Positions 60,261-64,000 of a stretch of 64,000 nucleotides of DNA are shown here, piece by piece (position 1 is the stretch's first letter; each line of letters opens with the position of its first letter). The DNA is from the human T2T-CHM13v2.0 reference genome, Homo sapiens. The translations under genes and the position numbers were made by a program. The notes below the pieces were generated by a model that was not told where the DNA came from, ran no database searches, and was given only the letters and a program-made list of their open reading frames with translations. The DNA lies in NCBI RefSeq assembly GCF_009914755.1, contig NC_060940.1, one strand, 5' to 3'.

Positions 60261-61355
60261 TCACAGCTTTTTGAGTGTGTGCCATGGTAGCCTTGACCTG
60301 GCTCCCTAGTCTCAAGAGCACAGCCCAGGCAGCTCTGTACTGGGCAGAGGAGGAAGCACCCTTCCAGGGACGGCCAAAAGACCTTGTCCAAAAGTGGGGC
60401 AGCGGGGAGACCAGGAGCGTGCCCAGGTAGGATCCTCGTCCTTGAGATGCAGGGCCGTCCCTAGACAATGATGTCGGTGTGGGATCTGAACTGGAATTAA
60501 AACGTCCTTCAGGAGGACCTGGGTGGAAATTCTTCCTGCTCAGCATTATAATTTTTAAAAATCCTTCGAAAGGACAAAATAAGTACATTATCACAAGGAT
60601 CTTAAAGGAAAAGCACAGACACTTCCTGCCCAATGGAGTTGTCTATTTGTACGTGCAGTGGTGGGATGTGAACATGTGCCGTGCAAGGCTACCTGAAGAA
60701 TCTGTTCTCCTCTTCCCTGTGTGACGTTGAGCAGGAGACTCCATGGATAATGGGAATCATTGATTCTAATTCCTGCTCCGTCTCTGATGTGTTGGTGGGA
60801 ATCTAACTTAGCCCTTCCAAATTGCAAGCAATTCTGTAAATATTACTGATCTCCTGTTAGGATATAGGTATCATGCTAGGCACCCCAGAGAATGCTAAGG
60901 CCATAGAAAGCAGTGGAATTTGGGAGAAAGCTAGAGAAACAAGAGTTCTGGTCCCATTCTAGCTCATAATGAGCTTTCTGTGTAGCTTCTCATGTGACCA
61001 GGATCTTTCCCTCTTTCGCCTCCCTTCTCCAGAGATTGTCTTTCTTTACTGGCTCAAGTGTTCACATCCTGTCCCCTTGGAGGGATAGCAATTTTTGTAT
61101 AAATTACTTAAGATGCAAGGTGGAATCTGATGAAAGTTAGGAGCAAAGTACCTGGGATGTGTGGGGGGAGTAGGTTGTAAGGGAAGCATTCAGGCAGGAA
61201 AAGAATCTTATCTGACTTGACTGAGAAGGACCGATGAGGGCATCAAGATGAAATTGATTTTGAATGGAGCCAGTCACTGATATTGATAAGACTATTGATA
61301 ATAGCAACTATTTCTGGAAAGGTAATGAAGGGGATGAGAAATAGGAAAAGGAAGT

Positions 61356-62097
<742 letters not shown>

Positions 62098-63271
62098 GGA
62101 TGGACGGAAGGAAGGGAAGAAGAAAAAGGGACACAAGGAGATGTGGCAAGGAGGGTGTCTCAGCTATGGATAGCCCTTGTTCACCCCCTTGTCTTGCTGG
62201 AGCAAGGCTAACACACTGGAAGTTCCTGCCCAGCTCAGGGCAGAGGAGAGCCCAGGCACAGCATGTACTTCTGAATGGTCACCATCTCCCTGCTGGACCC
62301 AGAACCCAGGTGAAGTGTCCCCGTGGTGCACAGTCATCCGCCCACTCTGGCAGAAAGCTGCTGCTGGTTTAAACCATTTAACATCCCCACCATCAGTAAC
62401 CACCCACCCTCATATAATTTATTTATCTATTCATTCTCCTTACCCAGATTTCCATAAACTCTTCCAACCCCTCAATGTATTCAGATGGAAATAAATGAGT
62501 TTAATTACTTAAAGTAAATTTGGAATTCAGGGGCTAACGCTCTCCATTCTGCATGTGAGCCCAGCCACAGAAGGAAGTGTAAAATATTCAAGCCTTTGAA
62601 AGATTGCAACCACTGGGCTTGGCAGACACCAGCACTTTGCCTTTTTTCCTGGATATGCTCCCACACTTGAGGGGGAAGTGATGGGCTCTTCCTTTCTTCC
62701 CAAGTTGAGCAGAGGATGTGGAGGACAGAGAAAGCCTCAGCCAGGTGTCTCAACCCCCATGCCTCTTCCCAGGGGACTCTCCACAAGGCCTTGGATGGTT
62801 TTCACATTAACCTCTTCCGCTGCTTGCTGGAGCAGCTGATAATTTTGCTGTGCACCAAATGATGCATATGAGAGATCAGAAAAATCTGTAACCAGAGAGG
62901 AAAAACGGCTGCTAATGTAGTGGTAATAGGGTAGTTTAGGCGAGACTTCCAGGGAAGAGATTTACAATTTAAATAAGAAAAATAATAAACTCTAAATTAA
63001 CAAAAAGAGAGGAGAAGAAGAATGCTATGGCTGTGTGATTGGGGATGGGGATGGTGGGGACCTTGCAGGACCCTCAGAACAAGGCTGGAAGGGGCCTCAC
63101 TGAGTCAGAGGGATGCCAAAGGTGGAGGTTGAATAATGAGGGCCTTCAGGATTAGCCCCAGCTCCAGCAAGGACAGGGGCACATGGGATTGGAGCAGCTC
63201 CCTGAAGGCTCACGGAGAGCAGAGGACAGATTGCGAATTCAGACCTAGATCATCTGTCTCCAGAGCCAGGC

Positions 63272-63581
<310 letters not shown>

Positions 63582-63655
63582 TCCAGAGCCAGTTTTTAGG
63601 CATCATGACTTCCTGTCCTTTCCCTAATTCTTAGAGACCTTCCTGGCTTTCCTAC

Positions 63656-64000
63656 TGACATGGTTTGTCTGTGTCTCCACACAAAATCTCATCTTGAATT
63701 GTAATTCCCATAATCTCCACGTGTCAAGGTCAGGACAATGTGGAGGTAATTGGCTCATGGGGGTAGTGTACCCCATGCTGTTCTCAGGATAGTGACTGAA
63801 TCTCATGGTATCTGATGGTTTTATAAGCATCTGGTAGTTCCCCTCCTTGCACTCATCCCGTCCTGCTACCCCATGAAGAAGGTGCCTGCTTCTCCTTTGC
63901 CTTCTGCCATTATTGTAAGTTTCCTGAGGCCTCCCCAGCCATGTGGAACTGTGAGTCAATTAAACCTCTTTCCTTTATAAATTACCCAGTGTCAGGTATT
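63656..64000 (+). mobile_element. THE1-type LTR (runs off window)
   Basis: aaatctcatcttgaattgtaattccc...gaactgtgagtcaattaaacctctttcctttataaattaccc. Confidence 0.9.

Overview
Human (primate) genomic DNA; a human-specific AluYb8/Yb9 element at 36749-37056 points to Homo sapiens. The window is essentially intronic and repeat-rich: about 36 Alus, many MaLR/ERV solo LTRs, L1 3' fragments, MIR/L2 relics, hAT DNA-transposon fossils and microsatellites. I see no credible long ORF, RNA gene or CRISPR array. The one well-supported genic feature is a 33-nt, frame-preserving + strand exon at 7040-7072 with textbook branch point, pyrimidine tract and splice sites. From memory (unverified) its size, phase and setting fit a far-5' exon of the long RBFOX1 transcripts on 16p13.3. 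Best leads: (i) a candidate 12-nt microexon or recursive splice site at 42678-42689 surrounded by six TGCATG (RBFOX) motifs and a UG tract; (ii) a second recursive-splice-like AG|GTAAGG site at 24876; (iii) a 63-bp locally templated insertion inside an AluJ, copied from 2 kb downstream; (iv) a young AluYb9 carrying an AluS-like conversion patch; (v) a MEIS/PBX-HOX motif cluster in repeat-free DNA at 10.4-11.7 kb. Repeat subfamily names and boundaries were assigned by eye and are approximate. I found no evidence for a wholly new protein-coding system.
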